From: Actinomycetota bacterium
Lineage (GTDB): Bacteria; Actinomycetota; Actinomycetes; Nanopelagicales; Nanopelagicaceae
Length of the DNA: 63,101 nt
Assembly (NCBI GenBank): GCA_009705035.1
Contig: WLDB01000001.1
Location: 1 to 63,101, forward strand
Direction: 5' to 3'
In this document: piece by piece, positions 37,741 to 47,462 of the stretch
How positions within the stretch are numbered: the stretch's first letter is position 1
Layout of the letters: every line of letters begins with the position of its first letter
Made by a program: the position numbers and the translations under genes
Notes under the pieces: generated by a model
Told to the model about the DNA's origin: nothing
Seen by the model: only the letters and a program-made list of their open reading frames with translations
Databases searched by the model: none

Positions 37741-38391
37741 ATGAGTACAGCAGATGCAAATGGTTCGCAGGCAACCGGTTCGCTAGCAAAAGGCGATAAA
37801 GCTCGCCTGCCTCGCGATGAAAGGCGAGCAATTCTTTTAACGGCAGCGCTCGAAGTTTTTACTGCAGCCGGATATCACTCTGCTGCAATGGATGAGATTG
37901 CAGATCGTGCTGGTGTAAGTAAGCCGGTTCTCTATCAACATTTTCCATCAAAGTTAGATCTCTACCTTGCTGTTCTCGACCTTCACATTGATTCACTGGT
38001 TTATGAAATTCAAAAAGCAATCTCTTCGACTCCAGATAACGCGCAGAGAGTGCACGCCACTATCGTTGCCTACTTCACCTTTATCGAAAATGAAGGTGAA
38101 GCCTTCCGTCTTCTCTTTGAGAGCGATATGAGCGTCGAGCCACAGGTGCACGAAAGATTGAGTCGTATGACCTATGACTGCGCTGCTGCTGTAAGTGGAG
38201 TGATTTCTAATGACACCGGACTTCCTAAAGAGGCGGCCATGTTGCTCGGAGTTGGTTTGATTGGATATGCCCAAGTGACGGCGCGTCACTGGCTTGAGCG
38301 AGATAGCAAGCTCACTCGCCAACAAGCTATGGATCTCGTTGAGAACCTGATGTGGCGTGGAATATCTGGATTTCCCCGCACTGAGCTTTAA
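37741..38391 (+). CDS. TetR/AcrR regulator (Rv3208-like)
   Basis: RLPRDERR, GYHSAAMDEIADRAGVSKPVLYQHFPSK, WRGISGFP. Confidence 0.92.
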   Translation: MSTADANGSQATGSLAKGDKARLPRDERRAILLTAALEVFTAAGYHSAAMDEIADRAGVSKPVLYQHFPSKLDLYLAVLDLHIDSLVYEIQKAISSTPDNAQRVHATIVAYFTFIENEGEAFRLLFESDMSVEPQVHERLSRMTYDCAAAVSGVISNDTGLPKEAAMLLGVGLIGYAQVTARHWLERDSKLTRQQAMDLVENLMWRGISGFPRTEL

Positions 38392-38407
38392 CGAATAGAA
38401 TCTCCTC

Positions 38408-38659
38408 ATGAGCACTAAGAAAAATGAAAAGTCATCACAGGTTCGCATCGCCGTAACAGATGTTTCAAGCGAGCTCTCCTTTGAGTGCCCTTCTTCACCG
38501 GCTGAGATAAAGAGCGCGATCACCGCAGCGCTTGCAGCAAATACTCCTTTAAGCCTGACTGATATTCGCGGTCACGAAATTCTTGTTCCTGCGGCAAAGA
38601 TTGGCTACATCGAAATCGGTGAGCCAGTCGAACGTCGCGTTGGCTTCGGCGCCCTCTAA
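38408..38659 (+). CDS. DUF3107 family protein
   Basis: LSLTD.RG...LVPA.KIGYIEIG....RRVGFG. Confidence 0.9.
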   Translation: MSTKKNEKSSQVRIAVTDVSSELSFECPSSPAEIKSAITAALAANTPLSLTDIRGHEILVPAAKIGYIEIGEPVERRVGFGAL

Positions 38660-40033
38660 GTGAGCCTAACCTTCGCCGAACTTCCTCTTCGTAAGGAGAC
38701 GATTGACGCTCTCCATCTCCATGGATTCTTAGCGCCATTTGCAATTCAAGAGATGGTTCTACCCATCGCACTCGCCGATGGAGATGTCATCGGACAAGCA
38801 AAGACCGGGACCGGAAAGACTCTCGCATTCGGCATCCCAGTTATTGAACGCGTTATCTCTCCATCTGATCCAGAGTGGGACTCTCTCGAAGCCAAAGGTG
38901 CACCACAGGCACTTATCGTTGTACCTACACGTGAGCTATGTGTTCAAGTAGCTAAAGATATTGAAGAGCTCTCACTTAATCGCGGAATCCGCTCGCTCGC
39001 TGTCTATGGCGGACGCGCCTTCGAACCACAGATTGAAGCTCTTGAATCAGGGGTTGAGATCGTAATTGGAACACCAGGACGTTTACTCGATCTCTATCGT
39101 CAAGGAAAACTTAAGCTATCGAAGGTCACCCGAGTAGTTCTCGATGAAGCAGATGAGATGCTAGATCTCGGCTTTCTTCCGGATGTAGAGAAGATTTTTT
39201 CATCCACTCCTGCTCGTCAACAGACAATGCTCTTCTCAGCAACAATGCCGGGCGACATCATCGCCTTGGCTCGTAAATTCATGAATCAGCCAGTACATAT
39301 TCGCACCCAAGATTCACAAGATGAGGGTCGTGTAGTTGCTCGCATCAAACAACATGTCTTCCGCGCGCATGCGATGGATAAGATTGAGATGTTAGCCCGA
39401 ATCCTTCAGGCAAATGGGCGCGGTCCAACAATTGTTTTCTGTCGTACAAAGCGCACTGCCCAAAAGACTGCTGATGACTTAATGGAGCGCGGTTTTCGGG
39501 CATCTTCTATTCATGGTGATTTAGGGCAGAGCGCACGCGAGAAAGCTCTTAACGACTTTAAATCTGGAAAGCGCGATGTATTGATTGCGACAGATGTTGC
39601 GGCCCGCGGTATCGACGTAGATGGAATCACTCACGTAATTAACTTTCAATGCCCAGAAGATGAAAAAGCATACGTTCACCGCATTGGACGTACAGCTCGA
39701 GCTGGCGCAGATGGAATCGCAGTAACTTTTGTTGATTGGGATGAACTTGCACGATGGAAGATGATAGATACAACTCTCGAACTAGGCTTACCAGAGCCAC
39801 TTGAGACGTATTCTTCTTCAGCTCACTTCTTTGAGGCCCTTGATATTCCAACAGATGCATCCGGTCGCATGGTTGCTGCAGCCAAAGTTGAAGTCGAAAC
39901 CAAACGTGATCGCCCTGTGCGAGATCGTCCAGTGCGCGATCGACCTGTCAGCAAGAGTGAGCCAGTAAAGAAAGCTCCACGTGAGGCTAGTACAAGAGTT
40001 CGAACTCGTACGAAACGCGTCTCAGAAAGTTAA
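38660..40033 (+). CDS. DEAD-box RNA helicase (RhlE-like)
   Basis: AKTGTGKT, PTREL, TPGR, DEAD, SAT, ARGID, HRIGRTAR. Confidence 0.96.
   Translation: MSLTFAELPLRKETIDALHLHGFLAPFAIQEMVLPIALADGDVIGQAKTGTGKTLAFGIPVIERVISPSDPEWDSLEAKGAPQALIVVPTRELCVQVAKDIEELSLNRGIRSLAVYGGRAFEPQIEALESGVEIVIGTPGRLLDLYRQGKLKLSKVTRVVLDEADEMLDLGFLPDVEKIFSSTPARQQTMLFSATMPGDIIALARKFMNQPVHIRTQDSQDEGRVVARIKQHVFRAHAMDKIEMLARILQANGRGPTIVFCRTKRTAQKTADDLMERGFRASSIHGDLGQSAREKALNDFKSGKRDVLIATDVAARGIDVDGITHVINFQCPEDEKAYVHRIGRTARAGADGIAVTFVDWDELARWKMIDTTLELGLPEPLETYSSSAHFFEALDIPTDASGRMVAAAKVEVETKRDRPVRDRPVRDRPVSKSEPVKKAPREASTRVRTRTKRVSES
39905..39949 (+). repeat. RDRPV x3 coding repeat in the helicase tail
   Basis: Three 15-bp units differing only at synonymous sites. 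Confidence 0.85.
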
Positions 40034-40034
40034 A

Positions 40035-40640
40035 TCAATTCGCTAAGAGCTTGATGGCATTGGCGAGCATCTGAACCGCGATTGCAGCAAGTAACAAACC
40101 TGCAATTCTCGCCAGGAGATTTACTCCTGATTCCCTTATCACTTTAAGGATAGTTGTTGATGTCATGAGAACTATTCCAATGACTAAGTGAACTGCGATG
40201 ATAGCTAGTGCTAATCCACTCATTCGTGCTGCTGTATCTGCTTGCTCTACGAAGATCATCGTTGCAACGATTGCTCCTGGGCCCGCGAGCAACGGTGTAC
40301 CCAATGGAACCATGCCGATATTTGTTCCCTTAGTCTCCATCTCGTGCACTGTACCTGTAAGGAGTTGAAGTGAGACATAGAGAAGAAGTAATCCACCTGC
40401 TGCCTGAAGCGCCTCAATTGAGACATGCATGTATTCAAGGATAAAGCGACCGAATAATGCGAAGGATGCAATCACCAAAAGAGAGACACCTGCTGCTAGC
40501 CATGCTAAACGAGTTCGCTCACGTTGGCTCTTATTCGCAACAAGTGAGAGGAAGATCGGGGTTGCTCCCGGAGGATCGAAAATTACCAACAGTGTTACAA
40601 AAGCTTGTACTGCGAAGGTGAGGGCGGTTACTTCATCCAT
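40035..40640 (-). CDS. MarC family membrane protein
   Basis: DPPG..PIF, AAGGLLL, VPLGTPLLAGPGAI, RIAGLLLAAIAVQM. Confidence 0.93.
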   Translation of the reverse strand: MDEVTALTFAVQAFVTLLVIFDPPGATPIFLSLVANKSQRERTRLAWLAAGVSLLVIASFALFGRFILEYMHVSIEALQAAGGLLLLYVSLQLLTGTVHEMETKGTNIGMVPLGTPLLAGPGAIVATMIFVEQADTAARMSGLALAIIAVHLVIGIVLMTSTTILKVIRESGVNLLARIAGLLLAAIAVQMLANAIKLLAN

Positions 40641-41482
40641 CGTTGCACTACTCTTCTCTCATTAGCCATTGACTCAAGACGTTCCCATTCTTGCCTATCA
40701 GTGGTGTTCTCACCAAGTTGATTGAGTTTTCCGGTACCGTGATAATCACTTGAGCCTGTAACAACTAGATCAAGTGAGCGGGCAACAGCCATAAGTTGAT
40801 TTCGCTCATCTTCACTATGGTCACGATGGTAAACCTCAATCCCGTTAAGGCCTGCTGCAACAAGTGATTGAAAAGTTGATTCATCAATGATCTGACCACG
40901 TCTTGAAGCGAAAGGGTGAGCAATCACAGAAACTCCCCCAGCTTTTCTAATCGCCCGAATAGCATCCTCTGGAGTCGGCGATAGATGAGTGACATAGAAA
41001 GGTGAATCATTGTTGAGTAAATCCGCGAAAGCTTCGTCGCGACTCTTCACAATTTTTTTCTTAACAAGTGCATCTGCCAGATGTGGTCTACCTAAAGTGG
41101 CGCCCTCAGGCGTTGATTGCGCAACATCTTCAATGGTTATGTCGTAGCCTGCAGCCCGCAGATTTTCGATCATTTTTCGCATCCGTGGAATTCGAGTATC
41201 GCGAGAGTCTGCAAGCAAACGTTGAATTTCGTCATCTTTGCCATCGAAGAGCATGCCCAGCATATGAACTGCTACTCCATCCTCAGTGAGACAGGAAACT
41301 TCTGAGCCAAGAACTAATTGCAGATCTGAATGAAGTGCATTGGTTGCTTCTTCCCAGCCAGAAGTTGAATCGTGATCTGCTAAACCTAAAACTGTTATTC
41401 CGGCAGCGGCAGCTTTCTTCACTAACATCAGTGGTGAATCGGTTCCGTCGCTACATGTTGTATGTGTATGTAGATCAATCAT
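40628..41482 (-). CDS. PHP-domain phosphoesterase (TrpH/YciV-like)
   Basis: DLHTHTTCSDG, DHD, GRPHLA, AHP, GSSDYHG. Confidence 0.92.
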   Translation of the reverse strand: MIDLHTHTTCSDGTDSPLMLVKKAAAAGITVLGLADHDSTSGWEEATNALHSDLQLVLGSEVSCLTEDGVAVHMLGMLFDGKDDEIQRLLADSRDTRIPRMRKMIENLRAAGYDITIEDVAQSTPEGATLGRPHLADALVKKKIVKSRDEAFADLLNNDSPFYVTHLSPTPEDAIRAIRKAGGVSVIAHPFASRRGQIIDESTFQSLVAAGLNGIEVYHRDHSEDERNQLMAVARSLDLVVTGSSDYHGTGKLNQLGENTTDRQEWERLESMANERRVVQRWMK

Positions 41483-42390
41483 TCCAATACCTCAGCTTCG
41501 ACCATTTCGCGGGTGGGACGCGTGCGCAATACAACCATGGTGCACCCTCCGAGAATAAGGATTATTCCTGGAATAATAAGTCCGGAAGGTTGTTTTCCGA
41601 TCTCAAAAATCCCAGCCAAGATTGCAGCAACAGGGACTTCAAAGAAAACTATTAATGAAACAACTGCGGGAGAAACTCGCTTGAGTGCTGCGTTAAACAT
41701 GGAATGCCCGAGTATCTGTGCGCCAGCAATAAGCGCCAAAAGAATCCACCATTCACGGGCTGGAAAATCAATCAACTCACTTCCACTGATAATTGCAATA
41801 GGTAGCGCGGTGAGAGCGCAAACTCCATAGCAAATTGCGGTGTAAGAACTAGCTGCGAGCGACTTCATCGCTTTAGATCCAAATAACATATAGAGGGCAG
41901 CGAGCGCAGCAGAAATTACTGCTGCTAGATCGCCAAGAAATGAACGACGGTCGAGCGAGAAATCAATTCCTGAAATTAGAAGTACACCAACGAAGCTGAC
42001 AATCATTCCGAGCCAGGCCTTCGAAGGAATATGTCCGCCCGTCATTTTTACAAAGATACTTGCAAAAATTGGCTGGAGGGCGACAAGCGCGGTGCCCGCC
42101 GCAACAGAAGTCATTCGCATTGCAGCGAAGAATCCAATGAAGTGAAGTGCCAGTAGTACCCCGGCAGCGGCTGCCCATTTTGCGCCGGCGCGATCAACTT
42201 TATTTCGAAGCGCAAAAGGAAGCGTAAATAGTGAGCCACCAAGATTTCTCCAGAATATGAGGGAGAGGATGGGCATTGCGCTCAATGCAATGAGGGGCCC
42301 CGATGAACCGATTCCGAGGATTCCGATACCTAATCGGATCAGGTCAGAGCGTTCGGGCATCGCTGTAATGTCTGAAGAAGTGGGAGCCAT
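41479..42390 (-). CDS. DMT/EamA family transporter
   Basis: 10 TM segments in two EamA repeats; TSVAAGTALVALQP, QILGH, EVPVAA. Confidence 0.9.
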   Translation of the reverse strand: MAPTSSDITAMPERSDLIRLGIGILGIGSSGPLIALSAMPILSLIFWRNLGGSLFTLPFALRNKVDRAGAKWAAAAGVLLALHFIGFFAAMRMTSVAAGTALVALQPIFASIFVKMTGGHIPSKAWLGMIVSFVGVLLISGIDFSLDRRSFLGDLAAVISAALAALYMLFGSKAMKSLAASSYTAICYGVCALTALPIAIISGSELIDFPAREWWILLALIAGAQILGHSMFNAALKRVSPAVVSLIVFFEVPVAAILAGIFEIGKQPSGLIIPGIILILGGCTMVVLRTRPTREMVEAEVLE

Positions 42391-42433
42391 GGATGAAACC
42401 TAGCCGATACCCTTAGCCTATGAAGGGAATCCT

Positions 42434-43753
42434 ATGAGCGGCAATGGAATGAATCGCGTATTCCTCGCCCGCCTTGCTGGCACAGCGGTCTTTGACCCTA
42501 ATGGAGATCCTGTTGGCAAGGTGCGCGATGCTGTGGCGACCCTGCGCTCAAATAATCAGCCTCCCCGAATCCTTGGTCTCGTAGTTGAAGTACCGCTACG
42601 TCGTCGTGTATTTGTTCCGATCACTCGAGTTACTTCTATCGAATCTGGTGCTGTAGTAATTACCGGACTACTGAACATGCGTCGCTTTGAAACTCGTGCT
42701 GGAGAAATTCTTGTCTTGGGAGATTTACTTGATCGCTCCATTACCATCGTTGAAAGTGGCGAGTCGGTTGTTGTAGAAGATATGGGTATGGAGCTCACTC
42801 GCACCGGTGATTGGCTTATTTCAAAAGTTCACATAATGCGAAAGGGACGTGGGATTCGTCGCAAGGGAGCGACATCTACCGTTGCCTGGAATGAGCTTGT
42901 CGGCTTTGCAGCTCAAGAAGCTAGTCAAGGCGCTACAAATCTTCTTGCAACTCTCAGCACTTTGCGAGCCGCAGATTTAGCTACTGTCTTACAAGACCTC
43001 TCGCCAAAGCGACGCATTGAAGTTGCGCGTGCCCTGGATGACGAGCGCCTTGCAGATGTCATTGAAGAGATGGATGAGCAAGTGCGAGTTGAGCTTTTGG
43101 CAGAACTCGAAGGCGAGAGAGCCGCTGATGTTTTGGAAGAGATGGATCCTGATGATGCGGCAGATCTTCTGCGCGAAATTGGAGAAGAACGCGCGCAGGA
43201 ACTTATTGATTTAATGGATCCAGAGGATGCCGAAGATGTTCTGCGATTGATGACTTATGAGGATTATTCTGCTGGCGGATTGATGACAACCGAACCGATT
43301 GTGATGTCAGCCGATTATTCAGTTGCTGATGCACTCGCGGCCGTGAGAAAGAGCGAGCTATCACCTGCTTTAGCATCACAAATTTTTATCTGCCGCCAGC
43401 CACTTGAAACTCCTACTGGTCGCTTCATAGGGCTCGTTCATTATCAACGTTTACTCCGTGAACCGCCTGCCACATTGCTCGGTTCTATTGTGGATTCAAG
43501 CACGCACGGCGTTAATCCCGATGCATCACTCCATGAGGTTGCTTCATACTTAGCTAGCTATAACTTGCTTTCTATTCCGGTTATCGATGCAAATGAACGC
43601 CTACTAGGGGCGATTACCGTTGACGACGTTCTCGACCACCTATTACCTGAGAACTGGCGCCATGCACACCGTGATTCTGCAGCAACTACAGCAGCGCTAG
43701 AAAACATTGATACAAGCTTTGAAGGCGAACTATCCGAAGGAAGTCGAGGTTAA
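42434..43753 (+). CDS. PRC-barrel + MgtE intracellular N + CBS domain protein
   Basis: VFDPNGDPVGKVRD, EEMDPDDAADLL, AGGLMTTEP, LLGAITVDDVLDHLLP; no TM domain. Confidence 0.88.
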   Translation: MSGNGMNRVFLARLAGTAVFDPNGDPVGKVRDAVATLRSNNQPPRILGLVVEVPLRRRVFVPITRVTSIESGAVVITGLLNMRRFETRAGEILVLGDLLDRSITIVESGESVVVEDMGMELTRTGDWLISKVHIMRKGRGIRRKGATSTVAWNELVGFAAQEASQGATNLLATLSTLRAADLATVLQDLSPKRRIEVARALDDERLADVIEEMDEQVRVELLAELEGERAADVLEEMDPDDAADLLREIGEERAQELIDLMDPEDAEDVLRLMTYEDYSAGGLMTTEPIVMSADYSVADALAAVRKSELSPALASQIFICRQPLETPTGRFIGLVHYQRLLREPPATLLGSIVDSSTHGVNPDASLHEVASYLASYNLLSIPVIDANERLLGAITVDDVLDHLLPENWRHAHRDSAATTAALENIDTSFEGELSEGSRG

Positions 43754-44251
43754 ATGATGGCACGCAACCATGGTTTAGACACACCTCGTGAGAGCCGTCG
43801 CTCACTTCGAGGTAATTACGATTCCGAAGCATTCGGTCGCTTATCTGAACGTTTCGCTAGGTTCTTAGGAACGGCGCGATTCCTTGTTTACATGACTGTC
43901 TTCGTTTTTACTTGGGTGCTTTGGAATATCTTCGCACCTGTAAATCTGCGTTGGGATGATTACCCATTCATCTTTCTTACGCTCATTCTTTCGCTACAAG
44001 CTTCTTATGCAGCCCCTCTGATCTTGCTTGCGCAAAATCGCCAAGCAGATAGAGATCGAATCGCCCTCAATGAAGATAGAGCTCGGGGTGATCGCAATAT
44101 GGCAGATACCGAATACCTGACACGCGAGCTTGCTAGTTTGCGTATCGCACTCGGCGACGTTTCAACGCGCGATTTTGTACGAAGTGAACTTGAAAATCTC
44201 TCTCAAGAAATAGTTGAAGAGCTACGCAAGTCCAAGCCTGACGCCAAGTAA
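43754..44251 (+). CDS. DUF1003 membrane protein
   Basis: DDYPFIFLTLILSLQASYAAPLILLAQNRQ. Confidence 0.92.
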   Translation: MMARNHGLDTPRESRRSLRGNYDSEAFGRLSERFARFLGTARFLVYMTVFVFTWVLWNIFAPVNLRWDDYPFIFLTLILSLQASYAAPLILLAQNRQADRDRIALNEDRARGDRNMADTEYLTRELASLRIALGDVSTRDFVRSELENLSQEIVEELRKSKPDAK

Positions 44252-45340
44252 AGAATCCTGGCGAATTACCAAGGAATCAATTACTGAAGCGATAGCAATT
44301 GCGCTAGGACTATCTGGCGCATTTATAAACACGGGAGTTCCTTCATCTCCACCTTCGCGTAGTTGAGCGCTAAATGGAATCTTGCCCATAAGCGGTACAT
44401 CTCCGCCAACCAACAACGAAAGTCTGCGTGCTGTTTCTTCTCCCCCACCGCTACCAAAGAGAGCCATCTCTTGCCCACATGAGGCGCAGGGAGCGGCAGA
44501 CATATTTTCAATGACGCCGATTACTCGCTGATGTATTTGGTGCGCAATGCGACCTGCTCGCTCTGCTACCTCTGCCGCTGCAATCTGCGGTGTTGTAACA
44601 ACGATAATCTCTGAAGTCGGAATGAGCTGGCCGAGTGAGATTGCCAAATCTCCAGTGCCTGGCGGGAGATCAATAAAGAGGATATCTAAATCTCCCCAGT
44701 AAGCATCAGATAAAAGTTGCTCAAGCACTCGGTGCAGCAAGGGTCCGCGGTAGGCGATTGGGTCTGATCTCTCTGGCTTAAACATCTCCATCGAAACAAC
44801 TTTGACACCAAAAGATTCGAGCGGGATAAACATCTGATCGATTGCGGTAGGGCGCTGACCCATCAACCCCATTAGGCGTGGAATAGAGTGGCCATACACA
44901 TCAGCGTCAAGGATGCCTACTCGCAAGCCCTTCTGCGCTGCTGCTACGGCTAGGTTGGCAGTTAGCGAGGATTTACCTACTCCGCCTTTACCCGATGCAA
45001 TTCCAATAACGCGAGTAAGCGAATCTTTCTGTGCAAAAGAGATAAAGCTTTCGCGACCGTTGCGAAGAAGCTTTTTTATATTCGCTCTCTGCTCTTCATT
45101 CATCACGCCGAATTCAATATCTACTGTTGTGATTCCTGCGACGGTCAACGCCGCCGCAGAGATATCTTTGGTAAGGCGATCACGCATTGGACAACCAGAA
45201 ATCGTTAAGAGGATTTTTAACTTAAGGGCCGTGCCTTCAATCGTGACCTCTTCGACCATCCCTAATTCGGTAATTGAACGATGTAGCTCTGGGTCATTAA
45301 CCTTTGAAAGAGCATCAAGAACAGCTTGATTGGTGGTCAT
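44222..45340 (-). CDS. mrp: Mrp/NBP35 Fe-S carrier ATPase
   Basis: VNDPEL, SGKGGVGKS, DADVYG, DLPPGTGD, ENMS..CASC. Confidence 0.95.
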   Translation of the reverse strand: MTTNQAVLDALSKVNDPELHRSITELGMVEEVTIEGTALKLKILLTISGCPMRDRLTKDISAAALTVAGITTVDIEFGVMNEEQRANIKKLLRNGRESFISFAQKDSLTRVIGIASGKGGVGKSSLTANLAVAAAQKGLRVGILDADVYGHSIPRLMGLMGQRPTAIDQMFIPLESFGVKVVSMEMFKPERSDPIAYRGPLLHRVLEQLLSDAYWGDLDILFIDLPPGTGDLAISLGQLIPTSEIIVVTTPQIAAAEVAERAGRIAHQIHQRVIGVIENMSAAPCASCGQEMALFGSGGGEETARRLSLLVGGDVPLMGKIPFSAQLREGGDEGTPVFINAPDSPSAIAIASVIDSLVIRQDSLLGVRLGLA

Positions 45341-45639
45341 AGTAAATCGGGGTCGATCTTGCTTTCAGGTCGCTTTGGCTTTGGTGAGGATTCATCCATA
45401 ACCGCATCAATCTGCTTCTTTACAAATGTCTTTGGATTGAGATCTGCAGGCTTGAGGTCTTCAAATCCTGGGCCAAGATTTTCTTTGAGTTCGTTGGTCG
45501 CACTGGTTGCAAGAGTTCGGGCTTTCTTAATTAACTTAGCAGCTTGGACGGCCAGGCCCGGCAACTTATCGGGGCCGACTAGAACCATGCCAAGAATGGC
45601 TAAGCCAATGAGTTCACCCGCTCCAAAATCAAAGAACAT
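45337..45639 (-). CDS. tatB: Tat translocase subunit TatB
   Basis: MFFDFGAGE...GPDKLP, ELKENLGP...DLNPKTFV. Confidence 0.9.
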   Translation of the reverse strand: MFFDFGAGELIGLAILGMVLVGPDKLPGLAVQAAKLIKKARTLATSATNELKENLGPGFEDLKPADLNPKTFVKKQIDAVMDESSPKPKRPESKIDPDLL

Positions 45640-45656
45640 GTCGCAACCTTATCGCT

Positions 45657-46790
45657 CTACTTGCCAGCTGTCAGGGTGAGCTTCACCTTCGCACTCACAC
45701 CCTTGCGAAGATAAGTAATCTCTACAACATCGCCTACATCACGAGAGCGAACAGAGACGATGAGTTCTTCTGCTGAATTGATATCTCGTCCATCGAATTC
45801 AGTAATAACATCTCCCGCTTTGAGCCCCGCTTTCTCTGCCGGGCCTCCAGCAAGAACTGCTCCGCTCTTATTCGAAATAAGCGCCCCCGATCCGGCATAG
45901 CTCATATCAACTGAGACGCCGATAACTGGATAGGTGGCCTTCCCTGTTTTAATCAATTGCTCAGCAGTTTTACGTGCTTGATTTATGGGAATTGCAAAAC
46001 CTAATCCAATCGATCCCGTCTGTCCTCCAAATGATGAACCAAGGGATGCAATTGCGGAATTTACTCCGATGACTGCACCTGTTGCATCAACGAGTGGTCC
46101 ACCCGAATTACCAGGGTTTATAGCAGCATCAGTTTGCAGCGCGTTGATAAAGGAACTCTCACTCTGGCTTTCACCAGCCGTTACGGCGCGATCTTTAGCG
46201 CTAATGATTCCTAACGTGACCGTACCGGAGAGGCCAAGTGGGGAACCGATTGCAAGGACAGGATCTCCCACTGCAACTTTGTCGCTATCTCCAAATTGCA
46301 AAGCAGTGAGTCTCTTATTGCTAATTCGCAAGACAGCAAGATCATATGAAACTTCTCTACCTATTACATCAGCATCGTAAGAGCTACCATCTTGAAGGCG
46401 AACCAAGATTTTTCCGCCGCTTGTCACAGCCTCAGCAATCACGTGATTATTGGTAAGGATGAATCCATCACTCGCAATCACAAATCCGGATCCGGTTGCA
46501 CCCCCATCTGAGCCTCTAGCTTCAATAGATACGACTGAAGGCAGGACTCGTTTTGCTATGCCAGCAACGGAATCTGGAGAACGTTCAATCGTTGAATTCG
46601 AGGAAACTAATCTTGTTGAGTATCCGAAGAGAGAACCGCTCGATGCAGCTCCAAACGCGCCGGCAATAATTCCGACCAAAATTGTTGTTGTGACAGAAGC
46701 GCGAAACGAAACTTTCATGCGTGAGCGCGAAGGAGCATTCCACCAAGGGCTATTAGAACCTGGTCCGAACCCATCTCCGTAATTACTCAT
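45657..46790 (-). CDS. htrA: HtrA/DegP serine protease with PDZ domain
   Basis: TM, GSGFV, LTNNHV, DLAV, QTDAAINPGNSGG, C-terminal PDZ. Confidence 0.93.
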   Translation of the reverse strand: MSNYGDGFGPGSNSPWWNAPSRSRMKVSFRASVTTTILVGIIAGAFGAASSGSLFGYSTRLVSSNSTIERSPDSVAGIAKRVLPSVVSIEARGSDGGATGSGFVIASDGFILTNNHVIAEAVTSGGKILVRLQDGSSYDADVIGREVSYDLAVLRISNKRLTALQFGDSDKVAVGDPVLAIGSPLGLSGTVTLGIISAKDRAVTAGESQSESSFINALQTDAAINPGNSGGPLVDATGAVIGVNSAIASLGSSFGGQTGSIGLGFAIPINQARKTAEQLIKTGKATYPVIGVSVDMSYAGSGALISNKSGAVLAGGPAEKAGLKAGDVITEFDGRDINSAEELIVSVRSRDVGDVVEITYLRKGVSAKVKLTLTAGK

Positions 46791-46813
46791 ATCTCGTTTC
46801 CCTTATATTCATC

Positions 46814-46840
46814 GTATTTATAGTCTTTAGGGTATTTATA
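46814..46840. repeat. GTATTTATA x2 (18-bp period) in the AT-rich spacer upstream of htrA
   Basis: Copies at 46814-22 and 46832-40; the second overlaps the upstream stop. Confidence 0.65.
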
Positions 46841-47462
46841 ATTTTGTGGCGAGCAATAAGCCATCACCAATAGGAATAAGCGTCGTGGCCCACGTTTCGG
46901 TATCAAACTTGATTGCTTTGCCTGCCTCGCGCAAAGCAACTGTTTTTGGATCTCGTTGAGCAGGATCACTGACTTTGCTACCACCAAAAAAGTTATCGAC
47001 TACAAAGACTCCGCCACTACGAAGAATGCGAGATGCCTCTGAGATTGCATAAGGTAAATCTTCTGGCTCATGTCGAAAGATAACCATGTCATATGCGCGA
47101 TCAGTTAATTTGGCGACAACTTCCATTACAGGGTTGGTAATCAATCGGAACCTCTGCGGAGCAATATCTGCCTCAGCAAATGCTTGGCGTGCAATCGAGC
47201 TATGTTCCATCTCATCATCGATTGAAGTGATGGTGCCAGAATTAAGCATTCCATCTAGTAGCCAGAGTGAACCTACGCCGGATCCGGTACCAATTTCTAC
47301 GACCGATTGCGCCTTCAAAAGCCTGGCCAGAAAAGATAAATAGGCACCAGCACCTGGGGTGACATCGAGAGTACCGATTTCGATACCTCGGGCTCTTGCT
47401 GCGCTCTTGGTCGGATTTTCGCCGATAAAGCTCTCGGCGTATGAGTGAGGATCGATAATCAT
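46836..47462 (-). CDS. O-methyltransferase (Rv1220c-like)
   Basis: VVEIGTGSGVGSLW, LTDRAYDMV, DPAQRD, PIGDGLL; start coupled (ATGA) to the pepA stop. Confidence 0.88.
   Translation of the reverse strand: MIIDPHSYAESFIGENPTKSAARARGIEIGTLDVTPGAGAYLSFLARLLKAQSVVEIGTGSGVGSLWLLDGMLNSGTITSIDDEMEHSSIARQAFAEADIAPQRFRLITNPVMEVVAKLTDRAYDMVIFRHEPEDLPYAISEASRILRSGGVFVVDNFFGGSKVSDPAQRDPKTVALREAGKAIKFDTETWATTLIPIGDGLLLATKL

Noticed and set aside
42434-44251. MgtE lacking its membrane domain as a pseudogene
   Set aside because: A soluble PRC-MgtE_N-CBS protein followed by DUF1003 is a common intact actinobacterial pair.
46787-46987. 66-aa ORF with YKYPKDYKY repeat
   Set aside because: Alternate frame of the O-methyltransferase running into the intergenic repeat.
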